64,000 nt of DNA from Acidimicrobiales bacterium (GCA_035316325.1 DATHJB010000017.1:3434-67433), one strand, 5' to 3'. Positions 9,049 to 19,135 are shown, counted from the stretch's first letter. A program made the numbers and translations. Notes: generated from the sequence alone by a model not told the origin.

Positions 9049-9434
9049 CCGGCGATCTCGTGCCTTGGTTCAGGCCGGTGTTGGGCCCCAGCCGCCGCCA
9101 CCCGGCGTAAGCATTCGGACCACGTCACCGGACTTGAGTTGGATGGTGCACTTGTCAGGGAGGCGTTCGGCTCGGGACTCGTCACCGCCAGGGAGCAGCC
9201 AGTTCTCGCCGACCGCACCGGGCCCACCGCCCCACAGGCCCCACGGTTGGGAGACACGGCGCTCGGTGATCAGCGACAGCGTGCAGTCCTCCAGGACCTG
9301 GAGGTCGCGCTCGATGCCCTCACCGCCCGGGGAGAAGCCGGCGCCGCCGCTGCCAAGGCGCAGGCGGTAGCGCAGGACCCGCATCGGGAACGCCCGCTCC
9401 AAAGCCTCGATCGGGGTGTTCTGGGTGTTGGTCA
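9049..9434 (-). repeat. Second copy of the ~385-bp direct repeat (current 3' end of the hydantoinase B gene plus ~20 bp downstream)
   Basis: Aligns to 3778-4162. Confidence 0.9.
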
Positions 9435-10611
9435 TCCCCACTTGAATGCCTGACTCGCCGGGGTGGGGTCGGGGGCCCGGGCGGCCGCCCTGGCCGCCGC
9501 CGACGGTCTCGTAGTACACCCAGCCCGACCCGCCGACCAGGACGTTGTTCATCGTGCCCTGGCCCGCCGCCGGCACCCGGGGTCGGCACGGCTCGGCCAG
9601 CGCCCCCAGGCACACGTCGGCCACCCGCTGGCTCACCTCGACGTTGCCGGCGCCGACAGCGGCCGGCGGGAGCGCCGCCACCAGCGTGCCGGCGGGTGCT
9701 ACCACGGTGACCGGCCGCATCACGCCCCCGTTGGCAGGCAGCGTCGGGTCGACCGCGGCCCGCAGTGCGTACGACACCGCCGACACCGTCACCGCCTCCA
9801 CGGCGTTGACGTTGCCCCGGGACTGCGGGTCGGTCCCCGTGAAGTCGAACGTCACCGTGTCGCCCACCACCGTGACCGCGACCGCGACCCGGGCCGGGTG
9901 CTGCTGGTCGTCGGCGGAGCCGGTCGAGTCGAGCACATCCTCGAAGCGCCAACTCCCGTCCGGGAGGCCGTCGAGCGCGGCCCGCATCCGCCGCTCGCCG
10001 TAGTCGACGATCTCGGCCAGCGGCGCCCCGGCCAGCTCGGCCAGGCGGGCGACGCCGACGGCGTTGGCGCCGACCTGGGCGTCGAGGTCGCCGACCCGCT
10101 CGGCAGGAGTGCGCGAGTTGGCCTCGAACAGCGCCCGGACGTACGGCCCGTAGACGAGCGGCGGGATGCGCAGGCCCTCCTGGTGCACGTCGGTGGCGTC
10201 GGCGGGGATCGACCCGGGGGCGGCGCCGCCGAGGTCGGCGTGGTGGGCCCGGTTGGCCACCCAGCCGACCAGCGTCCCGTCGGCGAAGCAGGGAGCGACG
10301 AGGGTGACGTCGTTCAGGTGCGTGCCGCCGGCGAACGGATCGTTGAGGATCACCTGGTCGCCGGGGCCGAGCGTGTCCCCGAACGCATCGATGGCGGCCC
10401 GGACGCTGGCGGGCATCGAGCCGAGGTGCACCGGGATGTGCTCCGCCTGGACCATCAACTCGCCGTCGGGGGTGAACAGCGCCGCCGAGCAGTCGGCCCG
10501 CTCCTTGATGTTCGGGCTGTGCGCGGCCCGGCGCAGCACGGCGCCCATCGTCTCGGCGATGCCCGTGAGCCGGGACAAGAGCACCTGGAGACTGGCGGGA
10601 TCAAGGCTCAT
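9070..10611 (-). CDS. Hydantoinase B / 5-oxoprolinase subunit B
   Basis: SPNIKERADCS, HIPVHLGSM, NDPFAGGTHLND, YYETVGGGQG, MTNTQNTPIE, TPGGGGWG. Confidence 0.92.
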   Translation of the reverse strand: MSLDPASLQVLLSRLTGIAETMGAVLRRAAHSPNIKERADCSAALFTPDGELMVQAEHIPVHLGSMPASVRAAIDAFGDTLGPGDQVILNDPFAGGTHLNDVTLVAPCFADGTLVGWVANRAHHADLGGAAPGSIPADATDVHQEGLRIPPLVYGPYVRALFEANSRTPAERVGDLDAQVGANAVGVARLAELAGAPLAEIVDYGERRMRAALDGLPDGSWRFEDVLDSTGSADDQQHPARVAVAVTVVGDTVTFDFTGTDPQSRGNVNAVEAVTVSAVSYALRAAVDPTLPANGGVMRPVTVVAPAGTLVAALPPAAVGAGNVEVSQRVADVCLGALAEPCRPRVPAAGQGTMNNVLVGGSGWVYYETVGGGQGGRPGPRPHPGESGIQVGMTNTQNTPIEALERAFPMRVLRYRLRLGSGGAGFSPGGEGIERDLQVLEDCTLSLITERRVSQPWGLWGGGPGAVGENWLLPGGDESRAERLPDKCTIQLKSGDVVRMLTPGGGGWGPTPA

Positions 10612-10814
10612 CGTGGGGTCCGCCTCCGGGTGTCGACGCCAGGCGCGGCTGCGCCGCCTTAACTGTCACACCCTCTGAATATCGTCGTGTCAGGTTCATC
10701 GGAAAGGACGTGACATGCACAAGCACTCCACCAACCACTGCGCTGCGAGATACCCCCGTGACGCGCTGTAGTGTGCGGATCGCACTCTGAACGGCATCCA
10801 GGACACGGAGCACC

Positions 10815-11216
10815 ATGAGCATGCTTCCCGGGGGCAGGGCTGATCCCCCGACCAGAGATGACCTGCGGCGTCTCGAAGCCCGACTCGACGCCCGCCTACA
10901 AGAGGTCAACGCCCGCATAGTCCTGCACGATGGTCGCTTCGCAGCGATGGGCGATCGCATCAACCAGACCGAACGACGTACCGACGCCCTCGCGGCCCGC
11001 ATCGACTCCCGAATGCGCAGCATCGACCGCCGTTTCGACGGCGTCGAGAACCGGCTCGACAGCACCGACGCACGGGTGCAGCAGACACAGGACCGGCTCC
11101 TCGACGAGATGCGCGGCAGTCGGCGGCAGAGCACCCGGACGACGTTGCTCGGCTTCGCCGGCAGCACCGCCGTCACCGCGTCGCTCTGCTTCGGCACGCT
11201 CGTGGTGCTCATCTGA
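10815..11216 (+). CDS. Hypothetical coiled-coil protein with C-terminal TM anchor
   Basis: GGAG RBS, heptad-rich sequence (RFDGVENRLDSTDARV) and hydrophobic C-terminus. Lies antisense between the oxoprolinase A and B genes. Confidence 0.6.
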   Translation: MSMLPGGRADPPTRDDLRRLEARLDARLQEVNARIVLHDGRFAAMGDRINQTERRTDALAARIDSRMRSIDRRFDGVENRLDSTDARVQQTQDRLLDEMRGSRRQSTRTTLLGFAGSTAVTASLCFGTLVVLI

Positions 11217-11226
11217 GGGCTGTCCG

Positions 11227-13053
11227 TCAGTCCTGGCGGCGCAGGACCCACGCGCCGGCGGCGCCGGCTCGAGCGACCCAACCCTCAGGCACCCAGACGG
11301 TGCAATCGGCCTCGGCGAGGACCGCGGGCCCATAGGTCGACCGGCGGGGCGGGCCGTCCGGCAAAGGCAACCTGTCGAGGTCCACCGACGCGGCGCGACG
11401 CACGGTCGCACGTAGAGCGACCACCTCGACGGACTGCTCCAACCGGGCGTAGCCGTTGCGACGGGCGTGCTCGGCGTGGAAGGCGTCGACGTCAGGGACG
11501 GTCAGTTCGTGACTCTGGCCGGCATAGCGGCAGTCGAGCGAGGTCTCGACCTCCGTGTGAGCGCCGTCGTGGCGGTGGCCACTCGGGTCGAGCCCGCCGG
11601 AGGCGAGCTCTCCGGCCTCCTCGGCAAGGGCGTGGAGGGCGTCGGTCAGGCCGGTGTGGTCCGACGGCGTCGGCCACGACCGCACGAGGTCACGCCGCCG
11701 GGGTGCCGTCAGCAGCCCGACGGCCGACAGCACGCCGGCCCGCGACGGCACCACGACGGCGCTCATGCCCAACGCGTCCGCCAGCTCGGCGGCGTGGAGT
11801 GGGCCGGCGCCACCGAAGGCGACCAAGGCCAGGCCCCGGGGGTCGACGCCCCGTTCCACCGACACGGCCCGCAGCGCACGCTCCATGTTGGCGTTGACGA
11901 CAGCCACGACACCTTCGGCGGACACACCCGCCGAGGACAGAGCTGCCTCGGCCGCAGCGCGGTCGAGGCGGAGCCCAACGAAGGCCGACTCGGCCGGGAT
12001 GCGGCCGGCGACCAGGTTGGCGTCGGTCACGGTCGGCTGCGTGCCGCCCTGCCCGTAGCAGGCCGGGCCGGGCCGGGCTCCGGCGCTCTCCGGCCCCACC
12101 ACCAAGGCACCACCGGCGTCGAGCCGGGCGATCGAACCGCCACCGGCGCCGATCGTGTGCACGTCGAGCGAAGGGAACCGCACCGTGAACCCACCCACAT
12201 CGCGTTGGGCCGCCGGCGCCGGCTCGCCGTCGAGGATCAGGCAGACGTCGGTGGAGGTCCCACCCATGTCGAACGTGACCGCATCGGGGAAGGCGTTGGC
12301 CGCGGCCGCCGCGGCGCCCGCCCGCACACCCCCGGCCGGCCCCGACAGCAGCAGGGCCGCCGGCAGCTCCGCCGCGTCGGCCGTCGGGAGGAGCCCACCC
12401 GCGGAGGTCATCACCAGCACCTCGTCGGCCAGGTCGGTCAGGCGGCGGAGGTAGCCCCGGGTGCGCGGACGCAGCGAGGCGTTGATCACCGTGGTCACCG
12501 TCCGCTCGTACTCCCGCATCTCGGGCGACACCTCGTGCGAGCACACCACGTCGAGACCCCGCGCCCGCAGGTGGGCCGCCACCGCCCGCTCGTGGTCGGG
12601 GTTCAGGTCGGCGTGCAACAGGCAGACGGCCACGGTGTCGACGCCGTCGCCCAGCTCGAGTCGGGACAGCGAGCCCAGGTCCAGCGGCTCGATCTCGCGA
12701 CCGTCGGCGGCCAGGCGCCCGCGCACCTCGTAGCGGAGGTTCCGGGGCACCAGCGGCTCCGGTCGGTCCGCGAGCTGGTCGTAGAGCGACGGCCGGTCCT
12801 GCCGCCCGATCTCCACCACGTCGGCCAGGCCGTCGTTCGTCACCAGCGCCACCGCTGCGCCCCGCCGCTCGAGCAGAGCGTTCGTCGCCACCGTCGTGCC
12901 GTGGGCCAGGAGGCTCGGCCGCACCTGCAAGGCGTCCAACCCTGCCCCCACGGCCCGAGCCGGGTCGTCGGGGGTGGACAGCACCTTCGTCGACCGACCG
13001 TCCGCCGCCACGACGTCGGTGAACGTCCCACCTGTATCGACCCCGACCTGCAC
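11227..13053 (-). CDS. Hydantoinase A / 5-oxoprolinase subunit A
   Basis: GVDTGGTFTD, HGTTVATNALL, LSGPAGG, DMGGTSTD, GAGGGS, AFGGAGPLH. Start set at GTG 13053. Confidence 0.92.
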   Translation of the reverse strand: MQVGVDTGGTFTDVVAADGRSTKVLSTPDDPARAVGAGLDALQVRPSLLAHGTTVATNALLERRGAAVALVTNDGLADVVEIGRQDRPSLYDQLADRPEPLVPRNLRYEVRGRLAADGREIEPLDLGSLSRLELGDGVDTVAVCLLHADLNPDHERAVAAHLRARGLDVVCSHEVSPEMREYERTVTTVINASLRPRTRGYLRRLTDLADEVLVMTSAGGLLPTADAAELPAALLLSGPAGGVRAGAAAAAANAFPDAVTFDMGGTSTDVCLILDGEPAPAAQRDVGGFTVRFPSLDVHTIGAGGGSIARLDAGGALVVGPESAGARPGPACYGQGGTQPTVTDANLVAGRIPAESAFVGLRLDRAAAEAALSSAGVSAEGVVAVVNANMERALRAVSVERGVDPRGLALVAFGGAGPLHAAELADALGMSAVVVPSRAGVLSAVGLLTAPRRRDLVRSWPTPSDHTGLTDALHALAEEAGELASGGLDPSGHRHDGAHTEVETSLDCRYAGQSHELTVPDVDAFHAEHARRNGYARLEQSVEVVALRATVRRAASVDLDRLPLPDGPPRRSTYGPAVLAEADCTVWVPEGWVARAGAAGAWVLRRQD

Positions 13054-13130
13054 CCGCCGGACGCTACCCGCGCCCCCAACCCCGGATACCCCGCCGAGCC
13101 GACAAGGGCTGCCGGCCCCGGATCCCGAGG

Positions 13131-13580
13131 TTAGGGGGTGCCCGTCTGGGTGCGGGCGGCGGCGACGGCCAGTTCGTCGACGAGGTCGTTCATCGGGTTG
13201 CCGGAGTGGCCCTTGACCCAGCGGAACGTCACGTCGCCGCGGGAGCGGTAGAGCTCCACCAACGGCTCCCACAGGTCGCGGTTGGCGACCGGCTTGCGGG
13301 CGGAGTTCAACCAGCCGCGCCGGATCCACCCCTCCCACCAGCGGTCGCGGAAGCAGTTGACGACGTACGTCGAGTCGCTCACCACCTCCAGCCGGCCCGG
13401 CAGCGTCCGCAGGGCCATGAGCACCGCGGTCACCTCCATCCGCTGGTTGGTGGTGCGGGCCTCGGCGCCGCTGGCCGACGGTCCATCCACGGCCGCCCAC
13501 GCCCACCCGCCGGGGCCGGGGTTCCCCAGGCACGCCCCGTCCGTGAACACGACGGTGGTCCCAGGCACGCTTGCAGGCAT
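13131..13580 (-). CDS. rnhA: Ribonuclease HI
   Basis: FTDGACLGNPGPGGW, TTNQRME, SDSTYV, NRDLW, WVKGHSGNPMNDLVD. Confidence 0.95.
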   Translation of the reverse strand: MPASVPGTTVVFTDGACLGNPGPGGWAWAAVDGPSASGAEARTTNQRMEVTAVLMALRTLPGRLEVVSDSTYVVNCFRDRWWEGWIRRGWLNSARKPVANRDLWEPLVELYRSRGDVTFRWVKGHSGNPMNDLVDELAVAAARTQTGTP

Positions 13581-13702
13581 CGCCGCAAGCTAATGCGTGC
13601 CCGCCACCGCACCGGGACCCCCGGCCTCCAGGGGAGCCCGAGGAGCGGGATCATGCCGGGCCACGTGACGGGGACCCCACTTACGGCGGGCACAATGGGG
13701 CG

Positions 13703-16429
13703 ATGATCATCGACGGGTTCGTGCACCAGCTCCCCGACATCGACCCCGGTCAGACGCAGGAATGGCTCGACTCCCTCGACGCGGTCGTCGACGCCGGCGG
13801 CAAGAGCCGCGCCCGCTTCCTCATGTCGAAGCTCCTCGAACGGGCACGCGAGCTCCAGATCGGCAGCCCCGCATCGGTGTCGACGCCCTACGTCAACACG
13901 ATCCCGCCCGAGGAGGAACCCTGGTTCCCCGGCGACTTCGAGCTCGAACGCCGCATCCGGGCCTTCATCCGCTGGAACGCGGCGGTGATGGTGATCAAGG
14001 CCAACAAGCACGCCGACGGCATCGGCGGCCACCTGTCCACGTTCGCCTCCTCGGCGTCGCTCTACGACGTCGGCTTCAACTGGTTCTTCCGCGGCAAGGA
14101 GGACGGCCTCGCCGGCGACGCCGTCTACATCCAGGGCCACGCCGCCCCCGGCGTCTACGCCCGCGCCTACCTCGACGGCCGCCTCACCGAGGAGCAGCTC
14201 GACGGCTTCCGCCAGGAGGTCCAGGGCCACGGCCTCTCCAGCTACCCCCACCCCCGCCTGATGCCGGGCTTCTGGGAGTACCCCACGGTGTCGATGGGCC
14301 TCGGCCCCCTCAACTCGATCTACCACGCAAGGTTCCTCCGCTACCTGCACAACCGCCAGATCGACGACACCAGCAGCAGCCGGGTCTGGTGCTTCATCGG
14401 CGACGGCGAGTGCGACGAGCCGGAGACCCTCGGCGCCCTCACGCTCCCCGCCCGCGAGCAGCTCGACAACCTCATCTGGGTCGTCAACTGCAACCTGCAG
14501 CGCCTCGACGGCCCCGTACGCGGCAACGGCAAGGTCATCCAGGAGCTCGAGGCCCTCTTCCGCGGCGCCGGCTGGAACGTCATCAAGGTCGTCTGGGGCT
14601 CGCGCTGGGACGAGCTGCTCCTGAAGGACCGCGACGGCGTCCTGCTCAACAAGATGAACTCCACGGTCGACGGCGAGTTCCAACGCTACGCGGTCGAGTC
14701 CGGGGCCTACATCCGCGAGCACTTCTTCGGCCCCGACCCCCGCCTGCGCAAGATGGTGGAACACCTCTCCGACGACGACCTGCGCACCCTCCCCCGCGGC
14801 GGCCACGACTACCGCAAGCTCTACGCCGCCTACAAGGCCGCCACCGAGCAGGTGGGCGCGCCCACCGTCATCCTGGCGAAGACCATCAAGGGCTGGACGC
14901 TCGGCCCCGACGTCGAGGGCCGCAACGCCACCCACCAGATCAAGAAGATGACCGTCGAGCAGCTGCGGGCCATGCGCGCCCGCCTGTTCCTCGACGACGT
15001 CATCCCCGAGGACGCCCTGGCCGACGGCAAGGAGCCGCCCTACCTGCGCTTCGAGCCCGGTTCGGTGGAGCACACCTATCTGATCGACCGCCGCCGCCAG
15101 CTCGACGGCCCGCTCCCCCAGCGCCTCACGGAGACGAAGCGGCCGGTGACGATGCCGGGCGAGTCGACCTTCACCGAGGTGATGGCCGGGTCCGGCAAGC
15201 AGGAGGTGTCGACCACGATGGCCTTCACCCGCCTGCTGCGGAACCTGTGCCGCGACCCCCAGTTCGGGTCCCGCGTCGTGCCGATCATCCCGGACGAGGC
15301 CCGCACCTTCGGCATGGACGCCCTGTTCAAGGAGTTCAAGATCTACGCCGCGCAGGGCCAGGTCTACGAGCCGGTCGACGCCCAGCTGCTGCTCTCCTAC
15401 ACCGAGGCCCGCAACGGCCAGATCCTGGAGGAGGGCATCACCGAGGCCGGCTCGCTGGCCAGCTTCATCGCCGCCGGCACCTCGTACGCGCACCGCGGCG
15501 TGCCGATGGTGCCGTTCTTCACCTTCTACTCGATGTTCGGCTTCCAGCGGATCGGCGACCTGATCTGGTCGGCCGCCGACTCCCGGGCCCGTGGCTTCCT
15601 CCTCGGCGCCACCGCCGGGCGCACCACGCTGCTCGGCGAGGGCCTCCAGCACCAGGACGGCCACAGCCACGTGCTGGCCAGCACCGTGCCGACGGTCGAG
15701 GCGTGGGACCCGGCGTTCGCCTACGAGATGGCGACGATCATCCACCACGGCCTGCACGAGATGCTGGCCGACGAGCGCGACGTCATCCACTACCTCACGC
15801 TCTACAACGAGAACTACCTGATGCCGCCGCTGCCGGTCCCGGCCGAGGACGACGAGGACCCCGAGCGCGTCACCCGGGGGATCATCGAGGGCATCTACCG
15901 CTGGTCGGACGCCCCCGAGGGGCCCGACTCGCGGGCGACGATCCTGTTCTCCGGCACCGCCCAGGGCGCCGTCCGCGCCGCCCAGAAGGAGCTGGCCGAG
16001 CGCTGGGACGTCGGCGCCGAGCTGTGGTCGGTCACCTCCTACAAGCGGCTGCGTGAGCAGGCGCTGGAGACCGAGCGCTGGAACCGCCTCCATCCCACGG
16101 ACACGCCTCGCACGCCGCTCGTCACCCAGCGCCTCGGTGCCGAGGGCGGCCCGATCGTCGCCGTCACCGACTTCATGAAGATGGTCCCCGACCAGGTGGC
16201 CCGGTGGGTGCGGAGCCCGTTCGTGCCGCTGGGCACCGACGGCTTCGGTCGCTCCGACACCCGGGAGCAGCTGCGCTGGTTCTTCGAGGTCGACATGCCC
16301 CACGTGGTGGTCGCCACCCTGTGGGCGCTGGCCCGCCAGGGCGAGGTGAAGACGGAGGTCGTCGCCGAGGCGATCGCGCACTACGGCATCGACGCCGACC
16401 GGGTCGACCCCCGCGCCCACGACCTCTGA
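13703..16429 (+). CDS. aceE: Pyruvate dehydrogenase E1 component (homodimeric AceE type)
   Basis: DIDP.QT.EWLDSL, GGHLST, YPTVSMGLG, GDGECDE ThDP motif, NCNLQRLDGP, GEGLQHQDG, LGTDGFGRS. Start at ATG 13703. Confidence 0.95.
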   Translation: MIIDGFVHQLPDIDPGQTQEWLDSLDAVVDAGGKSRARFLMSKLLERARELQIGSPASVSTPYVNTIPPEEEPWFPGDFELERRIRAFIRWNAAVMVIKANKHADGIGGHLSTFASSASLYDVGFNWFFRGKEDGLAGDAVYIQGHAAPGVYARAYLDGRLTEEQLDGFRQEVQGHGLSSYPHPRLMPGFWEYPTVSMGLGPLNSIYHARFLRYLHNRQIDDTSSSRVWCFIGDGECDEPETLGALTLPAREQLDNLIWVVNCNLQRLDGPVRGNGKVIQELEALFRGAGWNVIKVVWGSRWDELLLKDRDGVLLNKMNSTVDGEFQRYAVESGAYIREHFFGPDPRLRKMVEHLSDDDLRTLPRGGHDYRKLYAAYKAATEQVGAPTVILAKTIKGWTLGPDVEGRNATHQIKKMTVEQLRAMRARLFLDDVIPEDALADGKEPPYLRFEPGSVEHTYLIDRRRQLDGPLPQRLTETKRPVTMPGESTFTEVMAGSGKQEVSTTMAFTRLLRNLCRDPQFGSRVVPIIPDEARTFGMDALFKEFKIYAAQGQVYEPVDAQLLLSYTEARNGQILEEGITEAGSLASFIAAGTSYAHRGVPMVPFFTFYSMFGFQRIGDLIWSAADSRARGFLLGATAGRTTLLGEGLQHQDGHSHVLASTVPTVEAWDPAFAYEMATIIHHGLHEMLADERDVIHYLTLYNENYLMPPLPVPAEDDEDPERVTRGIIEGIYRWSDAPEGPDSRATILFSGTAQGAVRAAQKELAERWDVGAELWSVTSYKRLREQALETERWNRLHPTDTPRTPLVTQRLGAEGGPIVAVTDFMKMVPDQVARWVRSPFVPLGTDGFGRSDTREQLRWFFEVDMPHVVVATLWALARQGEVKTEVVAEAIAHYGIDADRVDPRAHDL

Positions 16430-16520
16430 CGCCACCTCCGACCCCCGCCACATAGCGCCTGGTCACGCATAGCGGGCATTACACCGCCGTGCGTGGTGGG
16501 TTGGGTACATTGCCCTTCTG

Positions 16521-18440
16521 GTGTCCTCATCCCGTCGCGCGTTCGGCTACCTTCCCGCGCTCGACGGCCTGCGCGCCCTCGCGGTGGCCGCCGTCGTGGC
16601 CTACCACCTGGGCTACAGCGCGGTCCCGGGCGGCTACATCGGGGTCGAGGTGTTCTTCGTCCTGTCCGGCTGGCTGGTGTGCGCGCTGCTCCACACCGAG
16701 CGCGAGCAGACCGGCCGGATCGACCTCCGGCAGTTCTGGCTGCGCCGGGCCCGACGCCTGCTCCCCGCGGTCACCGTCGTCATCACGGCGACCCTGGTCG
16801 GAGCGACGCTGGCGCACTACGACCGCTTCGTCAGCCTGCGCGGCGACGCCCTGGCGTCGCTGGGCTACGTCCTCAACTGGCGGCTGATCTTCACCGAGCA
16901 GTCGTACTTCGCCGCCGCGGCGGGCCCGTCGCCGCTGCAGCACCTCTGGTCGCTGTCGATCGAGGAGCAGTTCTACCTGGCCCTGCCGCTGCTGCTCGGC
17001 GCGATCCTGGCCTTCCGGCCGACCGCCCGGCACGGGGCCATGCTGCTGCTGGGCGCGGCGCTCGTGTCGACCGCGTGGCGGTTCGCGCTGGAGGCACCGG
17101 GCGTCGACCCCTCGCGCATCTACTACGGCACCGACACCCGGGCCGCCGGCCTCCTGATCGGCGCCACCCTGGCGATGGTGTGGGTGCCGAGCCGGCTGCG
17201 CCAGGTGCCGGGACGTTGGGCGGCCCCGGTGCTCGACCTGGTGGCCCTGGCGGCGCTGGTGGTGGTCGGCCGCTACACGCTCGACGTCAGCGAGCACGAC
17301 CCGGACGCCTTCGGGATGGGGCTCAGCACCGTGCAGCTGGCGACGGTCGTGCTGATCGCGGTGGTGGTCCACCCGGTGCAGGGGCTGGTGGCGAAGGGCC
17401 TGTCGCTGGCGCCGCTGCGCTGGGTGGGCCAGCGTTCGTACGGCATCTACCTGTGGCACTGGCCGATCGTCGTGGCGCTGGCGGTCGCGCCGGGCGAGCA
17501 GCCGGAATCGCCGCTGCGGTCGGCCGGCATGGTCGTCCTCACGCTGCTGCTGGCGGGCGCGTCGTACCGCTGGGTGGAGCAGCCCATCCGCCAGCGAGGC
17601 TTCCTCCAGTCGCTCGACGACCTGCGGCGCTGGCTGCCCGGCGAGATGCTGCGGCGCCCGCTGTTCGGTGCGCTGGCATCCGGGGCGACGCTGCTGACGC
17701 TGGCCGCGGTCGCCGTCACCGGCCACCACCTGGTGACCACGCCCCCCGACGTGGGCCTCACCTCGGAGATGGCGGGCGCCCCGATCGGCGACACGCTCCC
17801 GCCGCCCACCACCGTCGCCCCGCAGGCGGCGCCCGTGAGCCCGGGCCAGTCGGCGTCGGCGGCCGGTCAACCGCAACCCGTGCCCGCCCAGGTCGCGCCG
17901 CCGCCGACGCTGCCCCCGCCCGTCCCGCTGCCGCCGATCACCGGCATCGGCGACTCGGTGATGCTGGGCGCCGCCCCGGCCCTCAGCGCCCGCCTCGGCC
18001 CGACGCTGCAGGTGGAGGCGAAGGTGGGCCGGCAGATGGTCGACACACCCGGCCTGGTCGCCGACCTCGCCGACCACGGCCGCCTCGGCGACGTGGTCGT
18101 CCTCCACCTGGGCGCCAACGGGCCGTTCCCGGACGAGGCCATCGACGACATCGTCGACATCGCCGGGAGGCGGCAGCTCCTGCTGGTCAACGTGAAGGTG
18201 CCGCGCCGCTGGGAGGGCGAGGTCAACGACCGGATCGACGCCGCCGTCGACCGCCACCATGAGATCACGCTGGTCGACTGGCGCCACGTCGCCGACGCCG
18301 AGCCCGGCCTGCTGACCCGCGACGGCTACCACCTGACCCCCGTCGGCGCCCAGCGCTACACCGACGTGGTCGCCGCGGCCGTCACCGAGGCGCTGAAGCC
18401 GAAGCCGAAGTCGGGCCGGCTCGGCCACCGGCCCTTCTGA
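16521..18440 (+). CDS. OatA/OafA-like O-acyltransferase (AT3 + SGNH)
   Basis: LDGLRALAV, GVEVFFVLSG, HLWSLSIEEQFY, YLWHWP, plus SGNH motifs GDSV, HLGAN and DGYH. Confidence 0.9.
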   Translation: MSSSRRAFGYLPALDGLRALAVAAVVAYHLGYSAVPGGYIGVEVFFVLSGWLVCALLHTEREQTGRIDLRQFWLRRARRLLPAVTVVITATLVGATLAHYDRFVSLRGDALASLGYVLNWRLIFTEQSYFAAAAGPSPLQHLWSLSIEEQFYLALPLLLGAILAFRPTARHGAMLLLGAALVSTAWRFALEAPGVDPSRIYYGTDTRAAGLLIGATLAMVWVPSRLRQVPGRWAAPVLDLVALAALVVVGRYTLDVSEHDPDAFGMGLSTVQLATVVLIAVVVHPVQGLVAKGLSLAPLRWVGQRSYGIYLWHWPIVVALAVAPGEQPESPLRSAGMVVLTLLLAGASYRWVEQPIRQRGFLQSLDDLRRWLPGEMLRRPLFGALASGATLLTLAAVAVTGHHLVTTPPDVGLTSEMAGAPIGDTLPPPTTVAPQAAPVSPGQSASAAGQPQPVPAQVAPPPTLPPPVPLPPITGIGDSVMLGAAPALSARLGPTLQVEAKVGRQMVDTPGLVADLADHGRLGDVVVLHLGANGPFPDEAIDDIVDIAGRRQLLLVNVKVPRRWEGEVNDRIDAAVDRHHEITLVDWRHVADAEPGLLTRDGYHLTPVGAQRYTDVVAAAVTEALKPKPKSGRLGHRPF

Positions 18441-18485
18441 GGTAGCGACTCCGAGGTAGCGACCGGCCGCTACGGTGATCGGCCT

Positions 18486-19067
18486 ATGAGCACGCCGACC
18501 CTGCCGGTGACGGGTGAGCCGGCCGCCGATCAGCTCCTCATCGACGACCCGCTGGCCCTCCTCCTCGGCATGCTGCTCGACCAGCAGTTCCCGATGGAGC
18601 GGGCCTTCGTGGCGCCCTACCGGCTGCAGGAGCGCCGGGGCCGCAAGCTCGACGCCGCCGACCTGGCCACCGCCGACCCCGAGGAGATCGCCGCGGTCTT
18701 CCGGCAGCCGCCCGCCCTGCACCGCTACTGGGGTGCGATGGCGAAGCGGACGCAGGCGCTGTGCCAGATCCTGGTCGACGAGTACGGCGGCGACGCCGAT
18801 GCCCTGTGGCGCGACGCTCCGACCGGCGCCGAGCTGCTCAAGCGGCTGCGGGCCCTGCCCGGGTTCGGTGCCGAGAAGTCGAAGATCTTCATGGCCCTGC
18901 TGGCGAAGCGCTTCGACGTCCGGCCCGAGGGCTGGGAGAAGGCGGCGAGCCCGTTCGACGACGACGAGCCCCGCTCCGTCGCCGACATCGACACGCCCGA
19001 GAACTTCAAGCGGGTCCGGGCCTGGAAGCAGGCCAAGCGGGCCGCGGGGAAGACCAAGCAAGAGTAG
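18486..19067 (+). CDS. HhH-GPD-type base-excision DNA repair protein
   Basis: LLLGMLLDQQFPMERAF, HhH LPGFGAEKSKIF, RSVADID. Confidence 0.85.
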   Translation: MSTPTLPVTGEPAADQLLIDDPLALLLGMLLDQQFPMERAFVAPYRLQERRGRKLDAADLATADPEEIAAVFRQPPALHRYWGAMAKRTQALCQILVDEYGGDADALWRDAPTGAELLKRLRALPGFGAEKSKIFMALLAKRFDVRPEGWEKAASPFDDDEPRSVADIDTPENFKRVRAWKQAKRAAGKTKQE

Positions 19068-19106
19068 GTAGCGGTCAACGCGGCGAAGCCGCCCTTGACA
19101 CCGCTG

Positions 19107-19135
19107 GGGGCGGCGGCGGGGAGGTCGGCATGGGT
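19107..19135 (+). repeat. 29-bp inverted repeat, copy 1 (pairs with 21566-21594)
   Basis: ggggcggcggcggggaggtcggcatgggt. Its reverse complement matches 21566-21594 at 28/29. Confidence 0.85.

Noticed and set aside
11227-13533. 768-aa oxoprolinase A with an N-terminal extension overlapping rnhA
   Set aside because: The extension is low-complexity and in another frame of rnhA. The family motif starts at GTG 13053.
13430-16453. Many long antisense or alternate-frame ORFs (e.g. 13430-16453, 16527-19163, 35174-38146, 35707-39705, 40582-43983, 46907-47977)
   Set aside because: Typical high-GC shadow ORFs opposite or overlapping motif-bearing genes. Only the embedded real segments (phhB, ThDP enzyme, SARP) were kept.
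18438-18465. Short tandem duplications at gene ends (GAGGTAGCGAC x2; GGCTGGTAG x2 at ~30121)
   Set aside because: Consistent with replication slippage and no functional signal is evident.
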